A stretch of 60,036 bases of DNA. Origin: Gemmatimonadota bacterium (GTDB lineage Bacteria; Gemmatimonadota; Gemmatimonadetes; Longimicrobiales; Gaopeijiaceae). The position numbers and the translations under genes were made by a program. The stretch covers positions 1-60,036 of the forward strand of contig SLNQ01000150.1 in the NCBI GenBank assembly GCA_007132965.1, written 5' to 3'. The notes beneath the pieces were generated by a model. The model did not search any database and had not been told where the DNA came from. It saw nothing but the letters and a program-made list of their open reading frames with translations. Of the stretch, positions 38,426-46,379 are shown in pieces (position 1 is the stretch's first letter; every line of letters starts with the position of its first letter).

Positions 38426-39013
38426 TCACTCGCCTCCCGGGGGATTGATGCGGTCGGCCCCGGCGGTAATCACGAACTCAACGCGCCGGTTCTGGGCCCA
38501 GGCGCTCTCGCTGCTCTGAGCCACCAGAGGCCGCTCCTCGCCGTACGAGGTGGTCACGAAGCGCGCTTCCGGCAGCCCGTGCTGGGTCAGGAAATCCAAC
38601 ACCGCCTGTGCACGGCGCGATCCCAGCGCCTGGTTGTACTCGGCTGAGCCACGCTCGTCGGTGTGGCCCTCGAGCCGGAGCTCCACGTCGGGGCTGGCCC
38701 GGAGGACCTCCACCTTCTGCAGAAGGACCCGCTCAGCGTCCGGCCGGATGGCCGATTCATCGAAGTCGAAGTGGACCCGCTCCTCCAGGATGGCCCGGGC
38801 GTCGGCGACGGCTGCCTCGCGCTCGGCGCGGGCACGCTCCTCGGCCTCACGGGCCTGTCGAACAGAGTCCTCCCATGCCCGGAGGGAATCCAGGTCGGGA
38901 CCCGGTTCCTCTTCAGCCGGCGGGGGGGCGGGGGGCTCGGGGGCCTCGCGACGGCAGGCGCCTACGAGAACACCGATCATGAGAACGGCGACGACAAAAA
39001 GTCGACGGTACAT
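38426..39013 (-). CDS. pal: peptidoglycan-associated lipoprotein Pal (OmpA family)
   Basis: Trimmed to the ATG at 39013. Lipobox 'GVLVGAC'. OmpA-like 'VHFDFDESAIRPDA...LEGHTDERGSAEYNQALGSRRAQAV'. Confidence 0.9.
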   Translation of the reverse strand: MYRRLFVVAVLMIGVLVGACRREAPEPPAPPPAEEEPGPDLDSLRAWEDSVRQAREAEERARAEREAAVADARAILEERVHFDFDESAIRPDAERVLLQKVEVLRASPDVELRLEGHTDERGSAEYNQALGSRRAQAVLDFLTQHGLPEARFVTTSYGEERPLVAQSSESAWAQNRRVEFVITAGADRINPPGGE

Positions 39014-39075
39014 CGCACTTGCTCCTGGTGTGGAAAGGTAGGTCACGGTACGAAACGGGTCATCCCTCACGACAC

Positions 39076-39094
39076 CGGAACCCATGGGGTTCCG
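39076..39094 (-). promoter_or_regulatory. perfect 8-bp inverted repeat upstream of pal
   Basis: 'cggaaccc' + 'atg' + 'gggttccg'. It is flanked by two copies of 'cgaaacgggt' (39051-39060 and 39093-39102). Function unknown. Confidence 0.35.
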
Positions 39095-39402
39095 AAACGG
39101 GTGGGGCGCCTCGGCGTTCCCGCTGTACGGGGCACGTCCAGTGTGGTGCTTCGGCCCTCCGCCACCGCTGGGGGGGTGTGCTCACCACGTCGGGTGCGCC
39201 ACACCTGTCAGGGGAAACTCCCCTGCATATATCGAATCTCTGGGTCCAACGCAACGCCCGACGCCGATTTTTCCAGGGGCGTCTTCCCGCTTACTTGGCG
39301 CCTCGCCATGTCTCCTCAGCTCCGGGGCGATCTCCGGTCAAGCCAGTAATTTCGCCAGTTTCACCGTTCAGGTCCAGAGGTGACGGGAATTTTCTTCCCG
39401 GT

Positions 39403-40824
39403 TCAGCGGTCCTGATCCTGGGCGTCGGCGGCGAACCGGGGTGCCAGCGACGGAGACCAGGCCGGCATCCGGGCTACCATCCCCGACACCAGGGTTCGAG
39501 TGGCGCCGGTCTCCACGTCGACGATGAAGAGCCCTCGGCCCCAGTTCCGTTCCCCGACGTAGACCAGGTGGCGCCCGTCGGGAGCCCAGCTGGGATCCTC
39601 GTTGTTCCCTTCTCGGGTCAGCTGCACGACTCGACCCCTCCGGTCCACCTCCGAGACCAGGATGTGATGCCGACCCCGCTGCTCGATGCGCCCGTGGTAG
39701 GCGATCCGGTCGCCCCGGGGCGACCACTCCGGCGAAGTGTAGTACCCCGGCCGGTTGTAGACGTAAGGAGACACGATGGCGGGCTGCCCTCCGGAACCCA
39801 GCTCCATCCGGTAGATCTGGGGCGCCCCCACGCCCAGGCGGTTCGAGTTGAAGGCCAGGCGACGGCCGTCAGGCGCCATGGAGGGCGAGATGTCCTCCCA
39901 CCGGCCCCCGGTGACGCGCTCGAAGCAGCAGTCCTGCGCCAGGTTGTAGGTGAAGAGGCCGGACTGGCGCCCCGAGTTCACTGCAAAGATGAGCCGCTCC
40001 CCGTCAGGGAAGTACTCGGGGGTGATGTAGTCGCCGGGTTGCGGCGTGGGGACCCTCTTCCGCTCCCCGGTCTCCAGGTTCATCTCATAGATGCGGGGGA
40101 GACCGTCCTGGTAGGAGGTGTAGGCCACCCGGCGCCCATCGGGGGACCAGGCCGGCGAGAGGGCCAGGGCGTAGCCCTCCTCACCGGGGCGATCCCGGGT
40201 CACCCGGTGCAGGTTCTCGCCGTCGGCGTCCACCGCCCAGAGATCCTGGGAGCCGTCCTCCATGCGCCGGGAGAAGAGGATCCGGGTGGCTGCGATTCCC
40301 GGCTCGTCGAAGACCCACTGCACCACCGCGTCCGAGGCGATGTGCGCCGCCATTCGGAAGTCGGGCGAGCCCGGCCCCGGCAGGGGGAAGCGAGCCTGGT
40401 CGCGGCGCTCCCTGTAAATGACGTCGTGCACCTCCAGGGTCAGAATCGATCCGCTGCCGGACCCCTCGATCCGACCCGTGACCAGCCAGTCGGCTCCCAG
40501 CTCGTCCCAGAGGGCGTAATCCACCTCGCCGCCCCGGGTGAAGGCCGAGGGGATGGAGTCCAGGACCCGGAACCGATTGGAGTGTCTCAGGTCCCGGGCC
40601 ACGATGTTCTCGGCCCGGGAGGCCACGCCGTCGTCACCAGACACCGCGGTAAAGGGCTGGATGGCCACCACGGGCTGGGTGCGGCCCTCGTAGAGGAGGC
40701 CCAGGCTCACCCCCGGGAAGCGCTCCTCCACGTCCTGCGCCGCCACGCCGGGGGCCACCAGGAAGAGGGCCGCCAGCACCATCCCTCCTGCCGCGGTCAG
40801 ATACCTGCTCACTAGTGTCTCCAT
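39403..40824 (-). CDS. tolB: Tol-Pal system beta-propeller protein TolB
   Basis: Signal peptide, an N-terminal alpha/beta domain and repeated 'P.WSPDG..(L/I)A(F/Y)' propeller blades. Confidence 0.92.
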   Translation of the reverse strand: METLVSRYLTAAGGMVLAALFLVAPGVAAQDVEERFPGVSLGLLYEGRTQPVVAIQPFTAVSGDDGVASRAENIVARDLRHSNRFRVLDSIPSAFTRGGEVDYALWDELGADWLVTGRIEGSGSGSILTLEVHDVIYRERRDQARFPLPGPGSPDFRMAAHIASDAVVQWVFDEPGIAATRILFSRRMEDGSQDLWAVDADGENLHRVTRDRPGEEGYALALSPAWSPDGRRVAYTSYQDGLPRIYEMNLETGERKRVPTPQPGDYITPEYFPDGERLIFAVNSGRQSGLFTYNLAQDCCFERVTGGRWEDISPSMAPDGRRLAFNSNRLGVGAPQIYRMELGSGGQPAIVSPYVYNRPGYYTSPEWSPRGDRIAYHGRIEQRGRHHILVSEVDRRGRVVQLTREGNNEDPSWAPDGRHLVYVGERNWGRGLFIVDVETGATRTLVSGMVARMPAWSPSLAPRFAADAQDQDR

Positions 40825-40865
40825 CGGGTCACTCCGCTCCAGGGTCCGAAGCCACCTTCGGACCG

Positions 40866-40913
40866 GTTGTCTTCATCATCAGTTGTCTTCATCACCGGTT
40901 GTCTTCAACCGCC
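40866..40913 (-). repeat. three tandem 16-nt units spanning the tolA stop and the tolA-tolB spacer
   Basis: The plus-strand units are 'gttgtcttcatcatca', 'gttgtcttcatcaccg' and 'gttgtcttcaaccgcc'. The first 10 nt are identical in all three. On the coding strand each unit carries 'TGAAGACAAC', and the most 5' of these on the coding strand supplies the tolA stop codon. Confidence 0.85.
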
Positions 40914-41666
40914 ACCGGTTCCCCGGGCCCCACCGGGACTGAAGGTGAACTGCACGGGCAGCTGTTCGAAGGGCAGATCGTCGGGAAGGGGATCCAACCG
41001 TCCTCCACCGGCGCACTCCACCGCCCCTACCGCGGCGATGTCCAGCCGACTGTTCCCCGACCGCTGGTGCAACTGGATCGAGGATCCGGAGATTCGTCCG
41101 TCCCGCTGGATCTCGAACCTCAGGACCGTGGTTCCCCGCTCGATTCCCGCCGGAGGCCGGAAGCACCGGGCGATCTCGGTCTGGATCTGGCTGTAGTAGG
41201 CCGGAAAATCCCGGCGCAACCCTTCCATCCTCACCACCATGTCCACCGCCGACTCCTCCTGGGTCTCTTCCTGGGGAGGCGGCGGATCGTCCTGTCGCTG
41301 CTCCGGCGGATCGGGCCTGGGAGGCTCGGGATCCGGGGGCGGCTCGGGGTCCGGGTCCGGGGGCGGCGGCTCGGGATCCGGAATGGGATCGGGCTCCGGC
41401 GGCTCCGGGTCCGGCTCCGGCTCCGGCTCCGGAGGCTCCGGGTCCGGATCGGGCTGCACCACCTCTTCGGGCTCGGGGAGAGCCGCCTCCATCTCCTCCA
41501 CCTCCGCCATGGAGACGATCTCCATCTCGTAGGCGATGTACTCGATAGGGGAGTCCGCCTGGCGATGGAGCCACCACGCCGCAGCCAACAGGAAGACGTG
41601 GAGGACCACGGAGGCCGCGACGGGCCCCCGGCCCGGCCGCCGAGGATTCAGGTTCCAGTCATTCAT
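40905..41666 (-). CDS. tolA: TolA/TonB-family energy-transducing protein
   Basis: Single N-terminal TM ('VAASVVLHVFLLAAAWW'), a (P-E/D)n linker and a TonB_C-like C-terminal domain. Its position between tolR and tolB supports a TolA role. Confidence 0.75.
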   Translation of the reverse strand: MNDWNLNPRRPGRGPVAASVVLHVFLLAAAWWLHRQADSPIEYIAYEMEIVSMAEVEEMEAALPEPEEVVQPDPDPEPPEPEPEPDPEPPEPDPIPDPEPPPPDPDPEPPPDPEPPRPDPPEQRQDDPPPPQEETQEESAVDMVVRMEGLRRDFPAYYSQIQTEIARCFRPPAGIERGTTVLRFEIQRDGRISGSSIQLHQRSGNSRLDIAAVGAVECAGGGRLDPLPDDLPFEQLPVQFTFSPGGARGTGGG

Positions 41667-41721
41667 GGTCCCAACGTCCTACACCGACCGGTGGCAAGGG
41701 GTCGCCCGGTGCGTCTCAGCC

Positions 41722-42165
41722 TCACCGCCGGACCGGCTCGGGCTCGCCGATGAGGGCCCAGCGCACCCCTTCCTCCTGGGCCGTCCGGGCCACGGTGGCG
41801 AGGATGAAGTACATGTCCCCGTAGATGGCCGCCTGGTCGCCCTTCACGTAGATGGCCTGGGCGCCCGCCGCCCGGAAGAGCTGGGGAAAGGCCTCGACGA
41901 ACTCGTCCGGCGAGACGGGAGTCTCGCCCACATACACCGTCCCCGTCTCATCCACCGAGACGATGAAGGCGTCGTCCTGGGCGGTGATGGGCTGGATCTG
42001 CCCCCGGGGGAGCTGGACCTCCAGCCCGCCTTGGAGCATGGGGGCGGTGATGATGAAGATCACCAGGAGGGTGAAGGCCACGTCGATAAGGGAGGTGATG
42101 TTGATCTCGGCGTTGATGGCCAGATCCCGCTCTCGTCCCCCCCGGCGGCGGCTGGCGTTGGTCAC
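41722..42165 (-). CDS. tolR: biopolymer transport protein TolR/ExbD
   Basis: Contains 'EINITSLIDVAFTLLVIFIITAP'. The GTG start overlaps the tolQ stop (GTGA). Confidence 0.88.
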   Translation of the reverse strand: MTNASRRRGGRERDLAINAEINITSLIDVAFTLLVIFIITAPMLQGGLEVQLPRGQIQPITAQDDAFIVSVDETGTVYVGETPVSPDEFVEAFPQLFRAAGAQAIYVKGDQAAIYGDMYFILATVARTAQEEGVRWALIGEPEPVRR

Positions 42166-42884
42166 ACTCGCCCCTCCCGGGCCAGCGTCCCGATGAACTC
42201 GCTGGAAAAGCCCTCCAATTCACCGCTCACCACGTTCAGCCGACCCACGTAGTAGTTGTATCCGATGACCGCCGGAATCGCCACGGCCAGGCCCACCACG
42301 GTGGTCACCAGCGCCTCGGCCACTCCGGGCGCAACCGCCCCGATGTTGGTGGATCCGGTGGCCACGATCCCCAGAAAGGCGTTCATGATCCCGATGACGG
42401 TGCCCAGGAGCCCCAGGAGGGGAGACACCGAGCCGATGACCGCGAGCCAGGTGAGCCCCACCGAGAGCTCGTCCCGTTCCTCGGATTCCTCCTTCTCCAG
42501 CGTCATCCTCAGCGCCTCGAGCTGGGTCAGGGTGAGGCCCTCCGTCACCGGAGCCCCCTCCCGCAGCGCCCCGGGCCGCAGCTCGCTGAAGAAGTTCACG
42601 CCCTGCCGGAAGACCCGGCCGTAGGGGGAGTCCGGAAGGGCCAGGATGGCCTTGTACGCGTCCTCCAGGCGCTGGGCGCGGTCCATGGCGTCCAGGAACC
42701 GGTCGCCCTCGCGGCGAACCAGCTGAAAGTGCCGCCACTTCCAGAAGATGATGATCCAGCTGGCGATGGAGAACCCCGCCAGGACCACCAGAATGACCTG
42801 GGTGGGAAGGCTTCCTCCCCAGATGAGGTCCCAGGCCGTCTCCGGCACCTGACGACCCGCCTGTAGGAGAAGGGTCGCCGTCAT
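42162..42884 (-). CDS. tolQ: MotA/TolQ/ExbB proton-channel protein
   Basis: Trimmed to the ATG at 42884 ('MTATLLLQAG'), which overlaps the epimerase stop (ATGA). Contains 'LAVIGSVSPLLGLLGTVIGIMNAF'. Confidence 0.9.
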   Translation of the reverse strand: MTATLLLQAGRQVPETAWDLIWGGSLPTQVILVVLAGFSIASWIIIFWKWRHFQLVRREGDRFLDAMDRAQRLEDAYKAILALPDSPYGRVFRQGVNFFSELRPGALREGAPVTEGLTLTQLEALRMTLEKEESEERDELSVGLTWLAVIGSVSPLLGLLGTVIGIMNAFLGIVATGSTNIGAVAPGVAEALVTTVVGLAVAIPAVIGYNYYVGRLNVVSGELEGFSSEFIGTLAREGRV

Positions 42885-44077
42885 CGCGCTCCCGCCTTGG
42901 ACGCCGCGGGCCCGGCAATATGCTGAAAGGTGCGCCGCAGCCCCTCCTTGAGGGAGTGGCGGGGCGCCCATCCGCGGGCCGCCAGGCGGCTCACGTCCAG
43001 AGTGCTGTGGCGGAGCTCCCCCTTCCGGGGCGCTCTGAAGCTGCGAGTGGTACGGAGACCCGACACGGCCTCCAGAATATCAGCAAGTCGGTTCACGCTC
43101 GTTCCCGTTCCGGTGCCCACGTTGAATGCTCGTTGGTCCAGCCCGCCGTCCCCGGGCAGCTCCAGCTCCGCCGCTCTCAGGTTGGCCTGCGCCACGTCCT
43201 CCACGTACACGTAATCCCGGGTCTGCTCGCCGTCGCCGAAGATGTGGATCTCCTGACCCGCCAGGAGGCGTTGGCAGAAGATGGCCACCACCCCGGCCTC
43301 GCCGTGGGGATCCTGTCGGGGTCCGAACACGTTGGAGTAGCGAAGCGCCGCGTACTCGAGCCCGTGCACTTCCCGGTAGTAGTGAAGGTAATGTTCCCCG
43401 GAGAGCTTCGAGACGCCGTAGGGCGAAAGGGGAAGCTTGGGCGCGGTCTCGGGGGTGGGTCGCTCTTCGGGCTCACCGTAGATGACTCCCCCGGACGAGA
43501 CGTACACGACCCGGCGCGTACCGGTCCGTCGGGCCGCCTCCAGGAGGTTCAGGAGGCCCAGGACGTTCACCCGGGCGTCCTTCAGGGGATCTTCCACCGA
43601 GATGCGCACGTCGATCTGGGCCGCGTGGTGGTTCACCAGGTCGAACTCCACCTCGCGGAAGAGATCCAGGAGGGCCGGGTCCGCCAGATCCATCTCGTGA
43701 AAAGCGGCACCCTCTGGCAAATTCTCCCTCTTGCCGCTGGAGAGGTCGTCCACGATCCAGACCTGATCCCCCCGGGCCAGGTGCGCATCGGCCACGTGGC
43801 TTCCGATGAAGCCGGCGCCTCCGGTGACCAGCACCTTCCGGGGCGCCGATGTCCGAGGCTCGTCGATGCCCGACGTGACGCCTTCTCGGGGCAGAGCCTC
43901 CCCCTGGACCGGGCTCCCAGGCGGGGACGTCGTCGATGACGTCCCCGTGGATGAGCCCTTCGGTCCGATGGCCGAACTCCTGGGCCCGTTGGTCGAACTG
44001 CTGGGCCCGTTGGGTCCAGGAGGGACCGTGCGGCCATCCTGGGACGGCCTGCTTTCTATCCTGCCTCGCTCAATCAT
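42881..44077 (-). CDS. NAD-dependent epimerase/dehydratase
   Basis: Contains 'VLVTGGAGFIGSH' and 'SPYGVSKLSGE'. The first ~81 codons are S/P/G/T low complexity. An internal GTG at 43834 would give a canonical 'MLVTGGAGFIG' N-terminus. Confidence 0.85.
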   Translation of the reverse strand: MIERGRIESRPSQDGRTVPPGPNGPSSSTNGPRSSAIGPKGSSTGTSSTTSPPGSPVQGEALPREGVTSGIDEPRTSAPRKVLVTGGAGFIGSHVADAHLARGDQVWIVDDLSSGKRENLPEGAAFHEMDLADPALLDLFREVEFDLVNHHAAQIDVRISVEDPLKDARVNVLGLLNLLEAARRTGTRRVVYVSSGGVIYGEPEERPTPETAPKLPLSPYGVSKLSGEHYLHYYREVHGLEYAALRYSNVFGPRQDPHGEAGVVAIFCQRLLAGQEIHIFGDGEQTRDYVYVEDVAQANLRAAELELPGDGGLDQRAFNVGTGTGTSVNRLADILEAVSGLRTTRSFRAPRKGELRHSTLDVSRLAARGWAPRHSLKEGLRRTFQHIAGPAASKAGAR

Positions 44078-44143
44078 CCTCGTCTCCCTGTCGGCTCACC
44101 GTAGGCGGCGGCCCTGTTCGCCGGAGTTTCCGTCCGGACGTCG

Positions 44144-45511
44144 TCATCCGTCGCCGTCCAACGACGGAAGTTCTCCTTCTTCAAGCCCGTACAGGAAGCG
44201 AACCGCATCCACCAGGTCCGCCCCCCCGCCCCGGTCCATTCCCTTGCGGAGGCGGACCGTGGGGTCGTGTAGCATCTTGTTAACCAGGCGTCGGGAAAAC
44301 TCCTCGACCCGGGCCCGGTCGCCCTCCGTCAGGTGATCCATTCCCCGCAAGAGCCGTTCCAGTTCAGCGTGGCGCCACTCGTCGGCCTGTCCCCGCATGC
44401 GGCGGATCACCGGCACCACCTCCAGAGAGGCGTACCAGGCCCGAAACTCGTCGGACTGGGCCCGGATGATCCGGTCCGCCGCCGGGACGGAGCCCTCCCG
44501 GAGCCGAACCTGCTCATCGACGATTTTTCGAAGGTCGTCCACATTGTACAGAAAGACCTCCGATTCGTCTGCCAGATCGGGGGCCACGTCCCGGGGAAGG
44601 GCGATGTCGATGACGAGCAGCGGCCGGTGGATTCCCCGGGGAAAGGCCTCCTCGAAGATCGGACGGGTCAGGACCGGATGGGGCGCCGCGGTGGAAGAGA
44701 GCACGATGTCGGCCGACCGCAGCGCTTCGGCGAGCCGGTCCATCTCCATGGCGTGCCCGTGAACCTGTCGGGCGAGCTCCACGGCCCGCTCATAGGTCCG
44801 GTTCACCACCGTCACCGCCTTTACCCCCTCACGGGAGAGCGCCTCGACGATGAGCTCACCGGTCTGCCCGGCCCCCAGGATCACCACACGCTTTCCGCCC
44901 AGGGAGCCGAAGATTTTTCGGGCCAGCTCCACAGCCACCGAGGCCACCGAGGCGCGTCCCTCGCCGATGGCGGTCTCCGCGCGGACCTGTCCCCCTACTG
45001 AGAGAGCCATCTGGAAGAGGCGGTTCAGGACCGGTCCCGCCATGGGCGGGTCCACCGGGAGGGTGGTGGCGCGCTCATAGGCGTCCCGCACCTGTCCCTG
45101 GATCTCGGCCTCGCCGGTGACCATGCTGTCCAGACCCGCCGACACCTGGAAGAGGTGCCGGACCACCCGGTCGCCCCGGCGTTCGAAGAGGTAGTCGCCC
45201 AGGCGCCGATCCAGTTGCCCCGCCTTCCGTTCCAGGAGCGTCTCCCAGCTCCGGACGGGTCGGTCGTCCCGATTGGGAAAGAGGTAGACTTCGGTCCGGT
45301 TGCAGGTGGAGAGGAGCACCGCTTCCTCCACCTCCGCCTCCTCTCGGAGAGTCACCAGGGCATTGGCGGCCTCCGAGGGCCCGAAGACCATGCGCTCCCG
45401 CACCTCCACCGGGGCGGTGTGGTGGCTCACCCCTACGACGGCTAGCGACACGGCGCCCCCTCGCCCGGCTCCCGGCTGGACCGCGTGGGTCCGGCTGTCC
45501 ATTTCATGCAC
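44144..45511 (-). CDS. hemA: glutamyl-tRNA reductase
   Basis: Contains 'VVGVSHHTAPVEVRE', the catalytic 'LSTCNRTEVY' and the NADPH site 'ILGAGQTGEL'. Confidence 0.93.
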   Translation of the reverse strand: MHEMDSRTHAVQPGAGRGGAVSLAVVGVSHHTAPVEVRERMVFGPSEAANALVTLREEAEVEEAVLLSTCNRTEVYLFPNRDDRPVRSWETLLERKAGQLDRRLGDYLFERRGDRVVRHLFQVSAGLDSMVTGEAEIQGQVRDAYERATTLPVDPPMAGPVLNRLFQMALSVGGQVRAETAIGEGRASVASVAVELARKIFGSLGGKRVVILGAGQTGELIVEALSREGVKAVTVVNRTYERAVELARQVHGHAMEMDRLAEALRSADIVLSSTAAPHPVLTRPIFEEAFPRGIHRPLLVIDIALPRDVAPDLADESEVFLYNVDDLRKIVDEQVRLREGSVPAADRIIRAQSDEFRAWYASLEVVPVIRRMRGQADEWRHAELERLLRGMDHLTEGDRARVEEFSRRLVNKMLHDPTVRLRKGMDRGGGADLVDAVRFLYGLEEGELPSLDGDG

Positions 45512-45532
45512 ATCATTCCGGTCGCCATGGTC

Positions 45533-46342
45533 TCAAAGGAAGAGCCCTTCCCCACCCACGGTGAGGCGGAGGACCAGGTAGCTGCAGATGACGACGCCAA
45601 AGCCGATGACCGCCGCCAGGGCACCCCGGTAGTCATTTCGTCCCCCCCCGAACCGGGCGCCCAGCACGCCCAGAAAGACCAGCCAGCTCAGGACCGCCCA
45701 GACCACCTTGGGATCGCCCATCTCCAGGGAGCCCCGGTGCTCCATGGTCCAGGCCCAGCCGAAGGCCAGCGCAAGGGTGAGGCAGGCGAACCCGGCCCAG
45801 AGCCCGATCCGGGCCAGCCGATCCAGGGTGGCCAGCGGCGGGATGAAGTGGAAGAAGCGCCCCAGCCGCTTCTCCTTGAGCTCATGGTGCTGGATCAGGT
45901 AGAGCACGCCTGCTGCGAAGGCCAGAGCCAGGCCCTGGTAGCCCAGGAAGGCCAGGCTCACGTGGAGCACGAATCCGGCACCCTCGAAGTCCAGGTTCAG
46001 GGGAGTGGGCTCCACGCCCAGGAGCACCGCCACGGCCTGCACCACGATGATGAACGGAAGCAGGGCGATGGCCACCCTGGACATCTCCCTGAGCGGGAGC
46101 ATCAGGGTCAGGGCCAGGGCCCCCACGAAGGCCAGCGAAGAGAGGGCGGCGCCGAATCCCACCAGCGGAAGCTCGCCGTACTGGAGCCAGAACTGAACGA
46201 GGGCCGCACCATGGGACACCACTCCCACGGCCGTCAGGATGCCGGCCGCCAGCGGTCCTCTCCGCTGGGATCCGCCCATGAGGCAACGAACCCAGAGGAT
46301 GAAGGCCGCAATGTAGAATAGAAGTGGAAGCAGGTGCGTCAC
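45533..46342 (-). CDS. cytochrome c assembly (CcsA/HemX-type) membrane protein
   Basis: Eight-TM hydrophobic protein with a GTG start. It occupies the classic position immediately upstream of hemA. Contains 'AFLGYQGLALAFAAGVLYLIQHHELK'. Confidence 0.8.
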   Translation of the reverse strand: MTHLLPLLFYIAAFILWVRCLMGGSQRRGPLAAGILTAVGVVSHGAALVQFWLQYGELPLVGFGAALSSLAFVGALALTLMLPLREMSRVAIALLPFIIVVQAVAVLLGVEPTPLNLDFEGAGFVLHVSLAFLGYQGLALAFAAGVLYLIQHHELKEKRLGRFFHFIPPLATLDRLARIGLWAGFACLTLALAFGWAWTMEHRGSLEMGDPKVVWAVLSWLVFLGVLGARFGGGRNDYRGALAAVIGFGVVICSYLVLRLTVGGEGLFL

Positions 46343-46379
46343 GCCGCCCTGAACCCCCTCAGGGGTCTCCCGTTGCTGG

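Noticed and set aside
39208-39309. 33-aa minus-strand ORF (MARRQVSGKTPLEKSASGVALDPEIRYMQGSFP) inside the tolB-pal spacer.
   Set aside because: Its GAGGAG ends only 2 nt from the ATG, its codon usage is atypical for this genome (AAA, CAA, GTA, CGA, TAT), and it has no recognisable features. I treat the spacer as non-coding until conservation says otherwise.
41240-41470. Highly repetitive 'ggctccgg/gggtccgg' DNA that could be mistaken for a minisatellite or CRISPR-like array.
   Set aside because: It is the in-frame (Pro-Glu/Asp)n linker of the TolA/TonB-family protein. It has no constant-length repeat and spacer organisation.
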